Shown in pieces: positions 24,760-38,500 of a stretch of 64,000 nucleotides of DNA. Every line of letters starts with the position of its first letter. The first letter of the stretch is position 1. Source of the stretch: Octopus vulgaris (taxonomy: Eukaryota); the NCBI GenBank assembly GCA_951406725.2, contig OX597821.1, positions 108,438,001 through 108,502,000 on the forward strand, read 5' to 3'. A program made the translations under genes and the position numbers. The notes under the pieces are model-generated. The model had not been told where the DNA came from. It saw only the letters and a list, made by a program, of their open reading frames with translations, and made no database searches.

Positions 24760-25588
24760 TTGTATATAGATATATACTTACTATCCGCAAGGAATTGAAA
24801 TCCTGAATTTCAGCCATATTATGTTTCGTTAACGCTGATACAAATATTTTACATGGGAAAACAGAAAGCAGCTTTAAAATGCTCTGCGTCGACGAAGCTG
24901 TATCTAGTCTTTTGCATCGAGTGTTTATGCAATTTTGATTTCTTTGCCTTCGACAATTATATACTTTGAATGCTTTTAGAAATATTATTTTATCTAATAT
25001 CAACGCCTAGAATATATATTAACCGGATTGGCTGTTGTTTACTTTGTATTCTATAACGCTCTTTCATAAATTGTTTATCATCATCGTTATATTTATGCGG
25101 GTAGGTGTCTGGAATCGGTAGTGTCTTCGTTCTGGCTGTGAGTGCAAGTTATATTATTTGCTAAAAGAATTAAGCTGGATCCGTTCTTGGAGTTTTCTTT
25201 TCTGTTACTTGATTCAGCGGTTGTACTGCGGCCATGCTGGTGTTTAATCGTCGAAGTTTGTAATCGATCAAATCGAAGCCAGCTGTTATTTTGCTTTTAT
25301 ATCCGATACGTATCGTATCGGAATTTGTTAGCAAAATTCTCTAGTAGAGGGACAAAAACAAACTGACGCCGGTTATCTGCTGTCAAGCGGTGAGGCTGCG
25401 ATACACTCAAATTACACACGCACATATCTATGTATTTCCTTTACATATACAATTTATATATACATACATAAATCGATTGGTAAATAGGTATATGAGTGTA
25501 TCTACATTTATACACACACTCTCCCATGTATATATATATATTATACATATAGATTTATATGTGTGTGTGTATGTGTGTGCGTGGCTTT

Positions 25589-25956
25589 AGGCACAGGAGT
25601 GGCTGCGTTGTAAGTAACTTGCTTACCAGCCACATGGTTCCGGCACCTTGGGCAAGTGTCTTCTACTATAACCTCTGGCCGCCCAAAGCCTTGGGAGTGG
25701 ATTTGGTAGACGGAAATTGAAAGAAGCCAGTCGTTTACATATATATGTGTGTGTGTGTGTGTTCGTCTCCCTCCATCGCTTCACAACCGATATTGGCGTG
25801 TTTACTTCCCCGTAACTTAGCGGTTCGGCAAAAAGTACCAATAGAATAAGTACTATGCTTACAAAGAATAAGTCCTGGGGTCGACTTGTTTGACTAACGG
25901 TTGTGCTCTAGCATGGCCGCAGTCAAATGACTGAAACAAATAAAAGAATAAAAGAA
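25589..25956 (+). mobile_element. SINE family A copy
   Basis: Matches 21595-21980 with a deletion in the head. Confidence 0.85.
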
Positions 25957-26524
25957 TGTATATATATTTATGTATATGCGTACATATCATCATCATCATC
26001 ATCATCATCATCATTTAGCGTCCGTTTTCCATGCTAGCATGGGTTATATACACACATGCATACAAACATACATACATACATATGTACATACATAGGTATG
26101 TGAAGGGTTTCCGCATATTTCTTAGCTAGCAAATTCATTCACAGGGCATTGGGCCGCCCGAGGCAATGATCCAGGCAACCGCCGAAAGTGGTCCCCAGCA
26201 GGACTGAACCAGATACGACGAAGTTACAAAACAAACTTTTCAACCGCGTAGCCATGCCTGCACCATATGTCTTACATATTCCTAGCTACACAAATCACTG
26301 GGTTTTGTGATACTTCGCTCGTCAAAATGCGCTTTGCATCATCTTAGCTTTCGAATAATGCCCCTCCGCTGGCTGGGCGGGTAGGCCAACTTGCCCTTGA
26401 TCTGGAGACTCTTCCGTCGCAGGGTGATATGAAGTGCTTTTGCTGATGAACACAACACACCGAGAATCGAACCCACGATCTAGCGATAGTAAGTCCATGA
26501 CTTTCACCACAGTCACATACTTTT

Positions 26525-26732
26525 ATTCTTTTATTTGTTTGTCATTTCACTGTGGCCATGCTGGAGCACCTCATTAAGGGGATTTTAGTCGAACAAATCG
26601 AACCTAGGACTTATTCTTTGTAAGCCTAGTACTTACTCTATCGGTGTCCTTTACCGAAGCGCTAAGTTACGAGAACGTAAACACACCAATATCACTCGTG
26701 AAACGATGGTGGAGGGACAAACAGACACACCA

Positions 26733-26773
<41 letters not shown>

Positions 26774-26937
26774 CGGCGGGCTTCTTTCGGTTTCCCTCTG
26801 CCAAATCCCCTCACAATGCTTTGGTCGGCCAGAGGCTATAGTAGAAGACATTTGGCGAAGGTGCCAAACAGTGGTACTGAACCCGGAACAATGTGGTTGG
26901 GAAGCAAGCTACTTACCACAAAGCCACGCCTGCGCCT
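26525..26937 (-). mobile_element. SINE family A copy
   Basis: Reverse complement of head and tail of 21595-21980. Confidence 0.85.
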
Positions 26938-27674
26938 ATACTATCTGTCAATTCACCTATAAAATAAAATATGTCAATTTCTCCTATAAAATAACGATAT
27001 TTTTACATCAAGCGTTTGTGTATCTTTTATGTTAGTTATTTAGAAATAGATTTATATTATAAATTCTTTGAATAGCACACATATTTCGCAATTAAAGAAA
27101 ACGTGTTACTATATCGGGTTTCCCAGTTCAACATTGGCGCCACAGAATTAGTGTAATGACAGATTAAATTCACAAACACAGTGTTTAGTTTCGTATTTTG
27201 ATGTTTGGTGCTGAATTCCCATTGCGGTCGACCTCGTCTTTTATCACACACTAAATTGAAAATAAAATAAATATATACCGTTTTATGTGTTTCATATGAT
27301 CGACTACACCCATCTATTATAGTAGAAAGGAATTCTATTGTTATTAAGGCGTTGAACTGGCACAATCGTTAGTGGTACCTTGAACAAGCTTTTTTTTTTC
27401 TTCTGCTATTACCCCAATTTGGTTAATGTCTTGTGTCTGAATTTCCTGGTCGGAACAAGAGACAATGACTGTGGCAGCCCAAATTTGTCTGTGACCAGGT
27501 GGCAGATTGGAGCGTCGAAAATTTTTGATACTTGCTATGCAAGTACATCTTTCACTCTCCTCCCCCTCTCTCTTAATTTGTATGTATGTATATATGTGTG
27601 TGTCTGTGTGTCTGTGTGTATGTGTATAGCCACTAAACTTTTTTTATTTTCTCTCTCTGCTTATTTCTGTGTTC

Positions 27675-27710
27675 CTTTTTGTTGAAGAGCGTAGGCTCGA
27701 AACGTAAAAC
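27675..27710 (+). ncRNA. Hammerhead-like motif, A6U family (further decayed)
   Basis: CTTT-TTGTTGA-A-GAGC-gtag-GCTC-GAAA-CG-TA-AAAC. Confidence 0.5.
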
Positions 27711-27899
27711 ACATTCTCACTTCCCGAGCGTTAAACTAACACATCCGTTTGTTTCTTATGTACCCGTCTTCGTCTTTTGTTTTCTTTTTGCTGTAAATTC
27801 CAACTATGTATATGTGTATATATATATATATATCAAAATAAGCAAAGGGATATTAAATAGTAATGCAGTACAATCGTTTCAAGTGGCTCCATGTATATA

Positions 27900-28380
27900 A
27901 AAAAATAATATTGGTGTCTTATTAGCAGTTTAACAACCTAAACGCAAATTTATAGACGTCACTGTCGTGACAGAGGGTACTGAGTGGTACCAGTATTGCT
28001 AGACATAAGAGTGAAAACAACTCAATCACCACAGAAGCAGTATGTTAATGACTGATAACGGGAGATAACTTCCCCAGCAAACATGACCATATCACCGGCG
28101 ATTTCAAATTTTGATGCAGAGCATCTTAATTCTCATCAGTGGCTCTTACCGCGCCTAGGGTTAAACTCAACTCACTTTGTCAGCTTATAAAAAAAAACGT
28201 TGAATTCATACGCTGATTTCAAAAAAGCTTAATAAAAGTGAATACTCCAAATAATATGGGTGGCTCATTAGCAACCTAAACGCAAATTTAGAGACGTCAG
28301 TAAAGTGACAGAGTGTATTGAGTGGTACCAGCATTGCTAGACAGAAGTATCAGAATAACTCAATCGCCACAGAAGCACAA
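27900..28380 (-). mobile_element. Penelope-like pseudo-LTR remnant: diverged direct repeats flanking a hammerhead
   Basis: CAACCTAAACGCAAATTTA...GAGTGGTACCAG...CCACAGAAGCA at about 27930-28040 and 28270-28378; HHR lies between them. Confidence 0.6.
28086..28143 (-). ncRNA. Type I hammerhead ribozyme, canonical core
   Basis: GCCA-CTGATGA-GAATT-aa-GATGC-tct-GCATC-aa-AATTT-GAAA-TCGCCGGTGA-TA-TGGT; all three helices pair; AUA triplet. Confidence 0.8.
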
Positions 28381-28445
28381 TCTTAAAGACAGACAAGAGG
28401 AGATAAGTTTGAGCAAAAAAATTCTTCTAACCACCACTGTTCCGA

Positions 28446-28485
28446 ATGTCCTGAAGAAGGGCACTTCACCCCGAAATATAGAAAT
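28446..28485 (+). ncRNA. Degenerate hammerhead motif
   Basis: ATGTC-CTGAAGA-A-GGG-cacttcac-CCC-GAAA-TA-TA-GAAAT; helix I has one mismatch. Confidence 0.5.
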
Positions 28486-28553
28486 ACAAGGTAAAACTGC
28501 AACTTTGTTCTGTTTTCTTTTCAATCTGCAGTTTACTTTGTACCTTCTCGCAT

Positions 28554-28640
<87 letters not shown>

Positions 28641-28765
28641 AGGAGGGTATTGTACTTAGCTGGAAGCATTGTGTACTGTTTGTGAAATGTAACGTATCTG
28701 GAATGGTACAACAATACAGAGTGGATTATAATAACTGTTATAAGTAATTTAATTATTCATAGTCT

Positions 28766-28808
28766 AATATAATATTTGGGAATATAAAAAATTCCTTCCT
28801 CAGATATT
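28766..28808 (-). ncRNA. Hammerhead motif (GAAA mutated to CAAA) downstream of the Penelope endonuclease fragment
   Basis: AATAT-CTGAGGA-A-GGAA...TTCC-CAAA-TA-TT-ATATT; same strand, about 280 nt after the ORF stop. Confidence 0.6.
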
Positions 28809-29088
28809 GCTAGGAAGTAATGAAGCCATTGTTATAGTCTCGGTTTTCCAACGGTTACTGAAATCTGTCGAAAGCGTCTCTGTAGTGGTCTCACGAAGCC
28901 CCTTCCGGAATTCCTCAAGAGAAGTGCGTGAGGGCGGCTATGTATGGAGTATGTGTGTATTGCCATATCCGCAGCGCAACTTCCAAGTTATGTATTAACG
29001 TGCATTTTTTTTATTATGATGTTTTGTTACATGAGCATGTTACCATTCTGCATGCCGGTTGTCGATGTGTTGAATCATATAGTGATTG

Positions 29089-29289
29089 TTAAATTTCCAG
29101 CCTGTTGTTAATTTGGGGTCCTAGTGTGTCTATGAGGATAGCTTCCTTAATTCTTAAATTTCCGAAATATCTGTCATTGACCCCAGTTGTGACTGTTATG
29201 TTTTTGTTGGTGTTCCGGCATCTGTCTAGATGTTTTCTGAAGGAGGAGACTCGTGGGATCAGATGTTCTTTGATGCGAATCTGTAATGG

Positions 29290-29292
<3 letters not shown>
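29089..29292 (-). pseudogene. Penelope-like element GIY-YIG endonuclease C-terminal fragment
   Basis: LQIRIKEH...FRKHLDRC...NLRIKEAILIDTLGPQINNRLEI* matches the RxxEH / E...I...P.IN pattern of PLE endonucleases; truncated by (TA)n. Confidence 0.8.
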
Positions 29293-29349
<57 letters not shown>

Positions 29350-29601
29350 AGTATAGGAAAGTCTGCAGACTTCGAAACATATGTCGAAAATAAAATAAAG
29401 GAACTTTGTTAAATCTTCGTTCAGCTCCATTCTTTCCTATACTTAATATATTAAATTAAACTTCAAATTTCCGCACTAATGCACGGATTTTATGCCCTAT
29501 GGTCGTAACTTCAACCGTGCTTTTTCTGTTGTGAGTTTGCTACCCAGGTATCGGTTATCTTTCGAATTATCCGTAATAAGATAATTCATTTGTCTACCTA
29601 T

Positions 29602-29649
<48 letters not shown>

Positions 29650-30157
29650 ATATATAGCGCGTGCGTGTTTGGGTGTTGATGATAGACTGCCCTGTCGAAG
29701 ACGACGTATGAGAGTTCAAAATCTGCCGAGTGACCTGCACAAATGATTTGTTTATAGGGATCAAATGATCGTGCCGCACATTAGCTCACTCCCTCTTTCC
29801 ATCAAGTCAACATGGTATCTGATCGGGTGCACATATGTATATGCATGTATACACTTCAGATTAAACATTTTCAAAAAACAAAACAAGACAAAATAAATAA
29901 ATAAATAAAACATTAGGTACTTGATTGAACCACTGCTACTGGCTCAAAAAAACTTGTGCCACCCCAATAAATATGTGACATATATGAAGTTTGCTTGTCG
30001 CACCCTGTACATGCAGCAGTGTTCCTCAAAGTTTTTTTTTTTTCTCGAACAATCTCCTTGACAAGACATTGTGCGTATCGAGGTTTAAATATATTTCATG
30101 TTCTCAAATAAAAACCTTTCCATCGTTTCATTAAGGAAACTTAAAACCACTACTGAA

Positions 30158-30260
30158 GCTGCTGCTGCTGCGGCTCATGCTGCTGCTGCGGCTCATGCTG
30201 CTTCTGCGGCTCATGCTGCTGCTGCGGCTCATGCTGCTGCTGCGGCTCATGCTGCTGCTG
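30158..30260. repeat. 18-bp minisatellite (GCTGCTGCTGCGGCTCAT) x about 5
   Basis: Direct reading. Confidence 0.9.
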
Positions 30261-30949
30261 TTGTTACTGGTATTTTTCTAAATTTCTGCTAAAAGAAATC
30301 TACGTATTTTATTGTCTTTATACTAATCTGATAAAGAAATTTCTTCGCTAAATCGATCTCTTACTAAATGTTATCACTTGCACCTCCCACTCTGTTACTT
30401 TCTCTATATATCTTTCTACTTTTACGAAACTCTCTCACACACGCATCAACTCTCTCTCTCTCCCTCACCCCAACTCTTTTTCTGTTGCACACCCTCGCTT
30501 TGTCCGTCTTTGTCAACGTTGCCTTTATCATTTCCTCTATATCTCGATCTCTCCATCTTCATCGCCATCTTCGTCTCAATTAAAAAGGAAGCCATTTTGT
30601 TACAATCGGTGTTGTTAAAATTGATCTTTGAAAAACATCTCCAAATTGTCAATATCTCGGAGAATACTTAGAAAAGATTCTTAAACTACACAGATTTAAG
30701 AAAAGTGATTTTGCGTGTCGCATTTATCGCATTCCCTTCAGGCATCGATAAATCAAACCGGATGCAACGTGAGAGAGAGCAGAGCACGATTTAATTCAAA
30801 CGCTAATCGTTGATGTAAACATACTGTACAGATAGATGAGATAACAGGCAAATGATAGCGACAAATAAGACAAGGCATGTATATGTGCAGATCACTGTGT
30901 TTGTTATACACACGCGCGCGTAGATAGATAGAGAGATAGACAGACAGAC

Positions 30950-31021
<72 letters not shown>

Positions 31022-31022
31022 T

Positions 31023-31053
<31 letters not shown>

Positions 31054-31090
31054 TGACAGACAGATAGATAGATAGATAGATAGATGGATG

Positions 31091-31130
<40 letters not shown>

Positions 31131-31131
<1 letters not shown>

Positions 31132-31392
31132 GTTTCTTTATTGGCCACACAGGGCTGCACACAGATGGGACAAGTTACAAGGTAGAGCTTTTCTTTTGGG
31201 GGATGAAGAAAACAAAAAACAAAAGAAAAAAAGAAAAAAAAGGGATGGCGTAGGTTTTCGATCAAGAGGGATCGTAAAAGGGAAGAAAAGAACAAAAAAA
31301 TAAAATAAATAAAATAAGAAATAAAAAGAATAAAAAGAAAAGAAAAGAAAAGGAAAAGGAACAAAAGAAAAGAGAAATGAAAAAAGAAGAAA

Positions 31393-31395
<3 letters not shown>
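31131..31395 (-). mobile_element. 5'-truncated 3'-UTR copy of the Tx1/L1-like LINE, flanked by (GATA)n on both sides
   Basis: Reverse complement of GAAAAGCTCTACCTTGTAA...CAGCCCTGTGTGGCCAATAAAGAAAC matches about 1215-1280. Confidence 0.85.
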
Positions 31396-31436
<41 letters not shown>

Positions 31437-31641
31437 CTGTGTGTGTGTCTTTGTCTCCATTCACCACTTGAAAAGCTGTGTTAAAGTGATTACGTCCAAT
31501 AACTTAACGTTTCGGCAAAATGGAGCGACAAAATAAATGCATGGCTTTAAAAGAATAAGTACTGGAGTCAGTTCCATCGTCTAACATTTTTCCACGGCGG
31601 TGCTCCAGCATGACAGCAATCTAATGACTACTACAAAAGAT

Positions 31642-31673
<32 letters not shown>

Positions 31674-31683
31674 TGTATGTATG

Positions 31684-31717
<34 letters not shown>

Positions 31718-31838
31718 TGTATGTATGTATGTATGTATGTATGTATGTATGTATGTATGTATATATATATGTATGTATATATAAATATATACGTATATAT
31801 ATATATACGTATATATATATATACGTATATATATATAC

Positions 31839-31893
<55 letters not shown>

Positions 31894-32030
31894 CATACAT
31901 ATACATATTTATATATATTTACATATATATATAGCAGAAAAGGTATTTTAACTCCAATTTCTGAATTCGGTGCGTGGCGATGCAATTAGATGACCCCTGA
32001 TTATAATTATGTTTATAATTATAGAATATT

Positions 32031-32090
<60 letters not shown>

Positions 32091-32197
32091 CATTCAACAA
32101 TATATTGTTGAATGTATATTATATAGTCCTTGACTAATTTTTCTTTCTAAATATATCCTTATATTTATTAATATATATGTATATATATTTATTAATA

Positions 32198-32228
<31 letters not shown>

Positions 32229-32254
32229 TTATAAACATACTTACACAGACACAA

Positions 32255-32287
<33 letters not shown>

Positions 32288-33340
32288 TGTATGTATGTAT
32301 GTATGTATGTATATCTATATTTGAGTGCACGCATCTATGTGAATACATGTATACATACATACATACAGACAGAAAGACATACATACATAAATACATGTGC
32401 ATTCTGTCAGCGTGTAGCTATAACTGTGCAATATGCTCTACGCATAATAATTTACTTTGGATATATATATGTATACACACATAATCATATATATATGTGC
32501 GTGTGTATGTGTGTGTGTGTGTGTATACACATACGAACACACACTCTTACTTATATATATATATAATATTATGCTTATATATATATGTAGGTATGTAATC
32601 TTTTTTCATATTTTTGCTAGATCGTTAGAACATACGGCTTTCCACTTAAGAAAGCGAGAGAACTTAGCGTTTGCAAACATCATTATATATGAGTGTTGCT
32701 TTCAAACGGAATAAATGTGTGAAAAGTTGAGCTGTTTCTAGTTCTTGCAGGATGTTTCCCACAATCTATAGCAATGCAGGATGTGTTAAACCCGTTCTCT
32801 ATAATATAAATGAATGTATTCTCTCTCTCTCTCTCTCTTAGGGCGTTGGTATATTTTAATCTAATCATGCGATGAGATTTTGTTGTGCACTATGATGCAG
32901 TGACTCTATCCGTGAGTATGTCTGCGTATGTCTATCAAAGCTTATGTATATGTGTGTGCGTGTGTGTGTGTGTTTGTGTGTGTCTGTGTGTGTGCGTGTG
33001 TGTGTTATTTGGGGTATTTTTGCAGGTTGTGTATATATGCGCGCATATTCACACAAACGCACGTATATAAACAATGTCGATATTACAAATCCAGAGAAAA
33101 TGGCGGCTTGAGATATTATTAGTGTGAGAGCAGAAGTATCCTTAGAGGATAGATAGATAGACAGATTTGACATATTTTATCTACATTCTAAACATATAAA
33201 AGATTAGAAGCTGAAAGAAAAACAGAGAAACACGCACAAATACATACATATGAATGAACATATTGCCGACATACACGTATACACACCTGCGCATAGAAGA
33301 ACATTTAGACAGTAATACAATCATAATACATACATATATA

Positions 33341-33446
<106 letters not shown>

Positions 33447-33632
33447 TATATAAATATATATATATGCAAACATGTGAACATTGGAATATATATTTAGATA
33501 TGTATATATATTGTCACATATATGCCTATCTATATATATATATATACTAACATATATATTTGTATATATATATATATATATACTAACATATATATATATA
33601 TGCATACATACATACATACATACATATATGTG

Positions 33633-33736
<104 letters not shown>

Positions 33737-33929
33737 TATGTTTATATATGCGTACGTGTATACTATAGACTGCGTAAGTGCGTGTGAAATATTTAAGAAT
33801 TCATTTTGTATTATTGAAGGATTTTAGACAATTTATCATAATTTTGCAGTTTACTTTCTGCTTATTACGTTCTAAGTTCAAATGTCGCTGAGATATCCAT
33901 AGCCTTTCGTCCTTCCGCGGTCGATGAAA

Positions 33930-33930
33930 C

Positions 33931-33996
<66 letters not shown>

Positions 33997-34034
33997 TATT
34001 ATTATTGTTATTGTTATTGTTATTGTTATTGTTA

Positions 34035-34099
<65 letters not shown>

Positions 34100-34152
34100 G
34101 TTATTGTTATTGTTATTGGTATTGCTATTATTATTATTATTATTATTATTAA

Positions 34153-34210
<58 letters not shown>

Positions 34211-34220
34211 ATTATTATTA
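33930..34220. repeat. (TTA)n microsatellite, about 290 bp
   Basis: Direct reading; poly-Leu pseudo-ORF. Confidence 0.95.
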
Positions 34221-34229
34221 TATGCCCAC

Positions 34230-34637
<408 letters not shown>

Positions 34638-35544
34638 CTATTATCATCATTAATCCTACCTAATGTCAAGTTCGCTTCTTCCGTCTATATAATAAATGAC
34701 CAATTATGTCTTGGAGTAGGTTGTAAGGATTCGCTCTTCCTCCTCAAAATGAGAAACCATTATTTCTATTGTGATTGCTTTTACTTTTGCAATAATAATA
34801 GTTGCAACTGCTAATGCTATTGTTGCTGTTGCTACTACTACTGCTCCTGCTACTCCTACTCCTGTTGTTGTATATATTTTTATATTTTCGCGGACAGAAA
34901 TGTTATAAAACTCTCAAGATGTTTTTAATTTATTAAGATGTTTTGTGGATGAAAATTATATCCTCTTGGATCATTTTACAAACAGGAGCCGTCGTTAGGA
35001 TGCCGGCTTTCATATCTGTTTCAATAACTAATGTAGGTAGACTGTCTGTTTTACATATCATTGTAATTTCTTTCCAGAATATTGTTGTGTTTACAATAAT
35101 TTTCAGTATGCCTTACTCTGTCAGAAGAGCTGCAAGAAAAAGGAAATGGCACTGGAAACGCCCCTTTGAAAGAAAACAGTCATTTAATCTTCGAACACAC
35201 TGAAACGATTTATTTTTAGAAATAAATAATATAAACAGAAACATAGATAGACAGATAAATAAATAAATAAATAAATAAATAATTGGGGGAAATAACAATA
35301 AAATAAATAGATAGACGCTCAAGTCCAGTCTGTCAAAATCTAATATCATGAAACGGAAATTTGCATGACATAATCAAAATAATAATAACAATAACAACAG
35401 CGACATCTACAACAGCTGCAACAGGGGTAATGAATTGAAACTTGTGAAATGAAGGAAAGATTTTAAAAGACGGTAGGTCTTTCTTTCGCTCACGCTGCAA
35501 GTAACACGCGTGTTTTGAGTATGAACTGCCGAGCAGAGAAAGTA

Positions 35545-38500
35545 ATTACCGTGGCACGGTTTCGTATCTAAAGCAAGCGCTTCTTTGCCCGAGCAACAGA
35601 AAAGAACATTTACTCAGATCTGCAAAATGATTACCGTGGCAAGGTTTCATATCTAAAGCAAGCGCTTCTTTGCCCGAGCGACAGAAAATAACATTTACTC
35701 AGATCTGCAAAATGATTACCGTGGCAAGGTTTCATATCTGAAGCAAGCGCTTCTTTGCCCGAGCAACAGAAAAGAACATTTACTCAGATCTGCAAAATGA
35801 TTACCGTGGCAAGGTTTCATATCTAAAGCAAGCGCTTCTTTGCCCGAGCGACAGAAAATAACATTTACTCAGATCTGCAAAATGATTACCGTGGCAAGGT
35901 TTCATATCTGAAGCAAGCGCTTCTTTGCCCGAGCGACAGAAAATAACATTTACTCAGATCTGCAAAATGATTACCGTGGCAAGGTTTCATATCTAAAGCA
36001 AGCGCTTCTTTGCCCGAGCGACAGAAAATAACATTTACTCAGATCTGCAAAATGATTACCGTGGCAAGGTTTCATATCTGAAGCAAGCGCTTCTTTGCCC
36101 GAGCGACAGAAAATAACATTTACTCAGATCTGCAAAATGATTACCGTGGCAAGGTTTCATATCTGAAGCAAGCGCTTCTTTGCCCGAGCGACAGAAAATA
36201 ACATTTACTCAGATCTGCAAAATGATTACCGTGGCAAGGTTTCATATCTGAAGCAAGCGCTTCTTTGCCCGAGCGACAGAAAATAACATTTACTCAGATC
36301 TGCAAAATGATTACCGTGGCAAGGTTTCATATCTGAAGCAAGCGCTTCTTTGCCCGAGCGACAGAAAATAACATTTACTCAGATCTGCAAAATGATTACC
36401 GTGGCAAGGTTTCATATCTGAAGCAAGCGCTTCTTTGCCCGAGCGACAGAAAATAACATTTACTCAGATCTGCAAAATGATTACCGTGGCAAGGTTTCAT
36501 ATCTGAAGCAAGCGCTTCTTTGCCCGAGCGACAGAAAATAACATTTACTCAGATCTGCAAAATGATTACCGTGGCAAGGTTTCATATCTGAAGCAAGCGC
36601 TTCTTTGCCCGAGCGACAGAAAATAACATTTACTCAGATCTGCAAAATGATTACCGTGGCAAGGTTTCATATCTGAAGCAAGCGCTTCTTTGCCCGAGCG
36701 ACAGAAAATAACATTTACTCAGATCTGCAAAATGATTACCGTGGCAAGGTTTCATATCTGAAGCAAGCGCTTCTTTGCCCGAGCGACAGAAAATAACATT
36801 TACTCAGATCTGCAAAATGATTACCGTGGCAAGGTTTCATATCTGAAGCAAGCGCTTCTTTGCCCGAGCGACAGAAAATAACATTTACTCAGATCTGCAA
36901 AATGATTACCGTGGCAAGGTTTCATATCTAAAGCAAGCGCTTCTTTGCCCGAGCGACAGAAAATAACATTTACTCAGATCTGCAAAATGATTACCGTGGC
37001 AAGGTTTCATATCTGAAGCAAGCGCTTCTTTGCCCGAGCGACAGAAAATAACATTTACTCAGATCTGCAAAATGATTACCGTGGCAAGGTTTCATATCTA
37101 AAGCAAGCGCTTCTTTGCCCGAGCGACAGAAAATAACATTTACTCAGATCTGCAAAATGATTACCGTGGCAAGGTTTCATATCTGAAGCAAGCGCTTCTT
37201 TGCCCGAGCGACAGAAAATAACATTTACTCAGATCTGCAAAATGATTACCGTGGCAAGGTTTCATATCTGAAGCAAGCGCTTCTTTGCCCGAGCGACAGA
37301 AAATAACATTTACTCAGATCTGCAAAATGATTACCGTGGCAAGGTTTCATATCTAAAGCAAGCGCTTCTTTGCCCGAGCGACAGAAAATAACATTTACTC
37401 AGATCTGCAAAATGATTACCGTGGCAAGGTTTCATATCTGAAGCAAGCGCTTCTTTGCCCGAGCAACAGAAAAGAACATTTACTCAGATCTGCAAAATGA
37501 TTACCGTGGCAAGGTTTCATATCTAAAGCAAGCGCTTCTTTGCCCGAGCAACAGAAAATAACATTTACTCAGATCTGCAAAATGATTACCGTGGCAAGGT
37601 TTCATATCTAAAGCAAGCGCTTCTTTGCCCGAGCGACAGAAAATAACATTTACTCAGATCTGCAAAATGATTACCGTGGCAAGGTTTCATATCTAAAGCA
37701 AGCGCTTCTTTGCCCGAGCAACAGAAAAGAACATTTACTCAGATCTGCAAAATGATTACCGTGGCAAGGTTTCATATCTAAAGCAAGCGCTTCTTTGCCC
37801 GAGCAACAGAAAGAACATTTACTCAGATCTGCAAAATGATTACCGTGGCAAGGTTTCATATCTAAAGCAAGCGCTTCTTTGCCCGAGCAACAGAAAATAA
37901 CATTTACTCAGATCTGCAAAATGATTACCGTGGCAAGGTTTCATATCTAAAGCAAGCGCTTCTTTGCCCGAGCAACAGAAAATAACATTTACTCAGATCT
38001 GCAAAATGATTACCGTGGCAAGGTTTCATATCTGAAGCAAGCGCTTCTTTGCCCGAGCAACAGAAAGAACATTTACTCAGATCTGCAAAATGATTACCGT
38101 GGCAAGGTTTCATATCTAAAGCAAGCGCTTCTTTGCCCGAGCGACAGAAAATAACATTTACTCAGATCTGCAAAATGATTACCGTGGCAAGGTTTCATAT
38201 CTAAAGCAAGCGCTTCTTTGCCCGAGCAACAGAAAATAACATTTACTCAGATCTGCAAAATGATTACCGTGGCAAGGTTTCATATCTAAAGCAAGCGCTT
38301 CTTTGCCCGAGCAACAGAAAATAACATTTACTCAGATCTGCAAAATGATTACCGTGGCAAGGTTTCATATCTAAAGCAAGCGCTTCTTTGCCCGAGCAAC
38401 AGAAAAGAACATTTACTCAGATCTGCAAAATGATTACCGTGGCAAGGTTTCATATCTAAAGCAAGCGCTTCTTTGCCCGAGCAACAGAAAATAACATTTA

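Noticed and set aside
30098-30292. 64-aa ORF with (AAAAAH)n
   Set aside because: Explained by an 18-bp minisatellite; no supporting gene context
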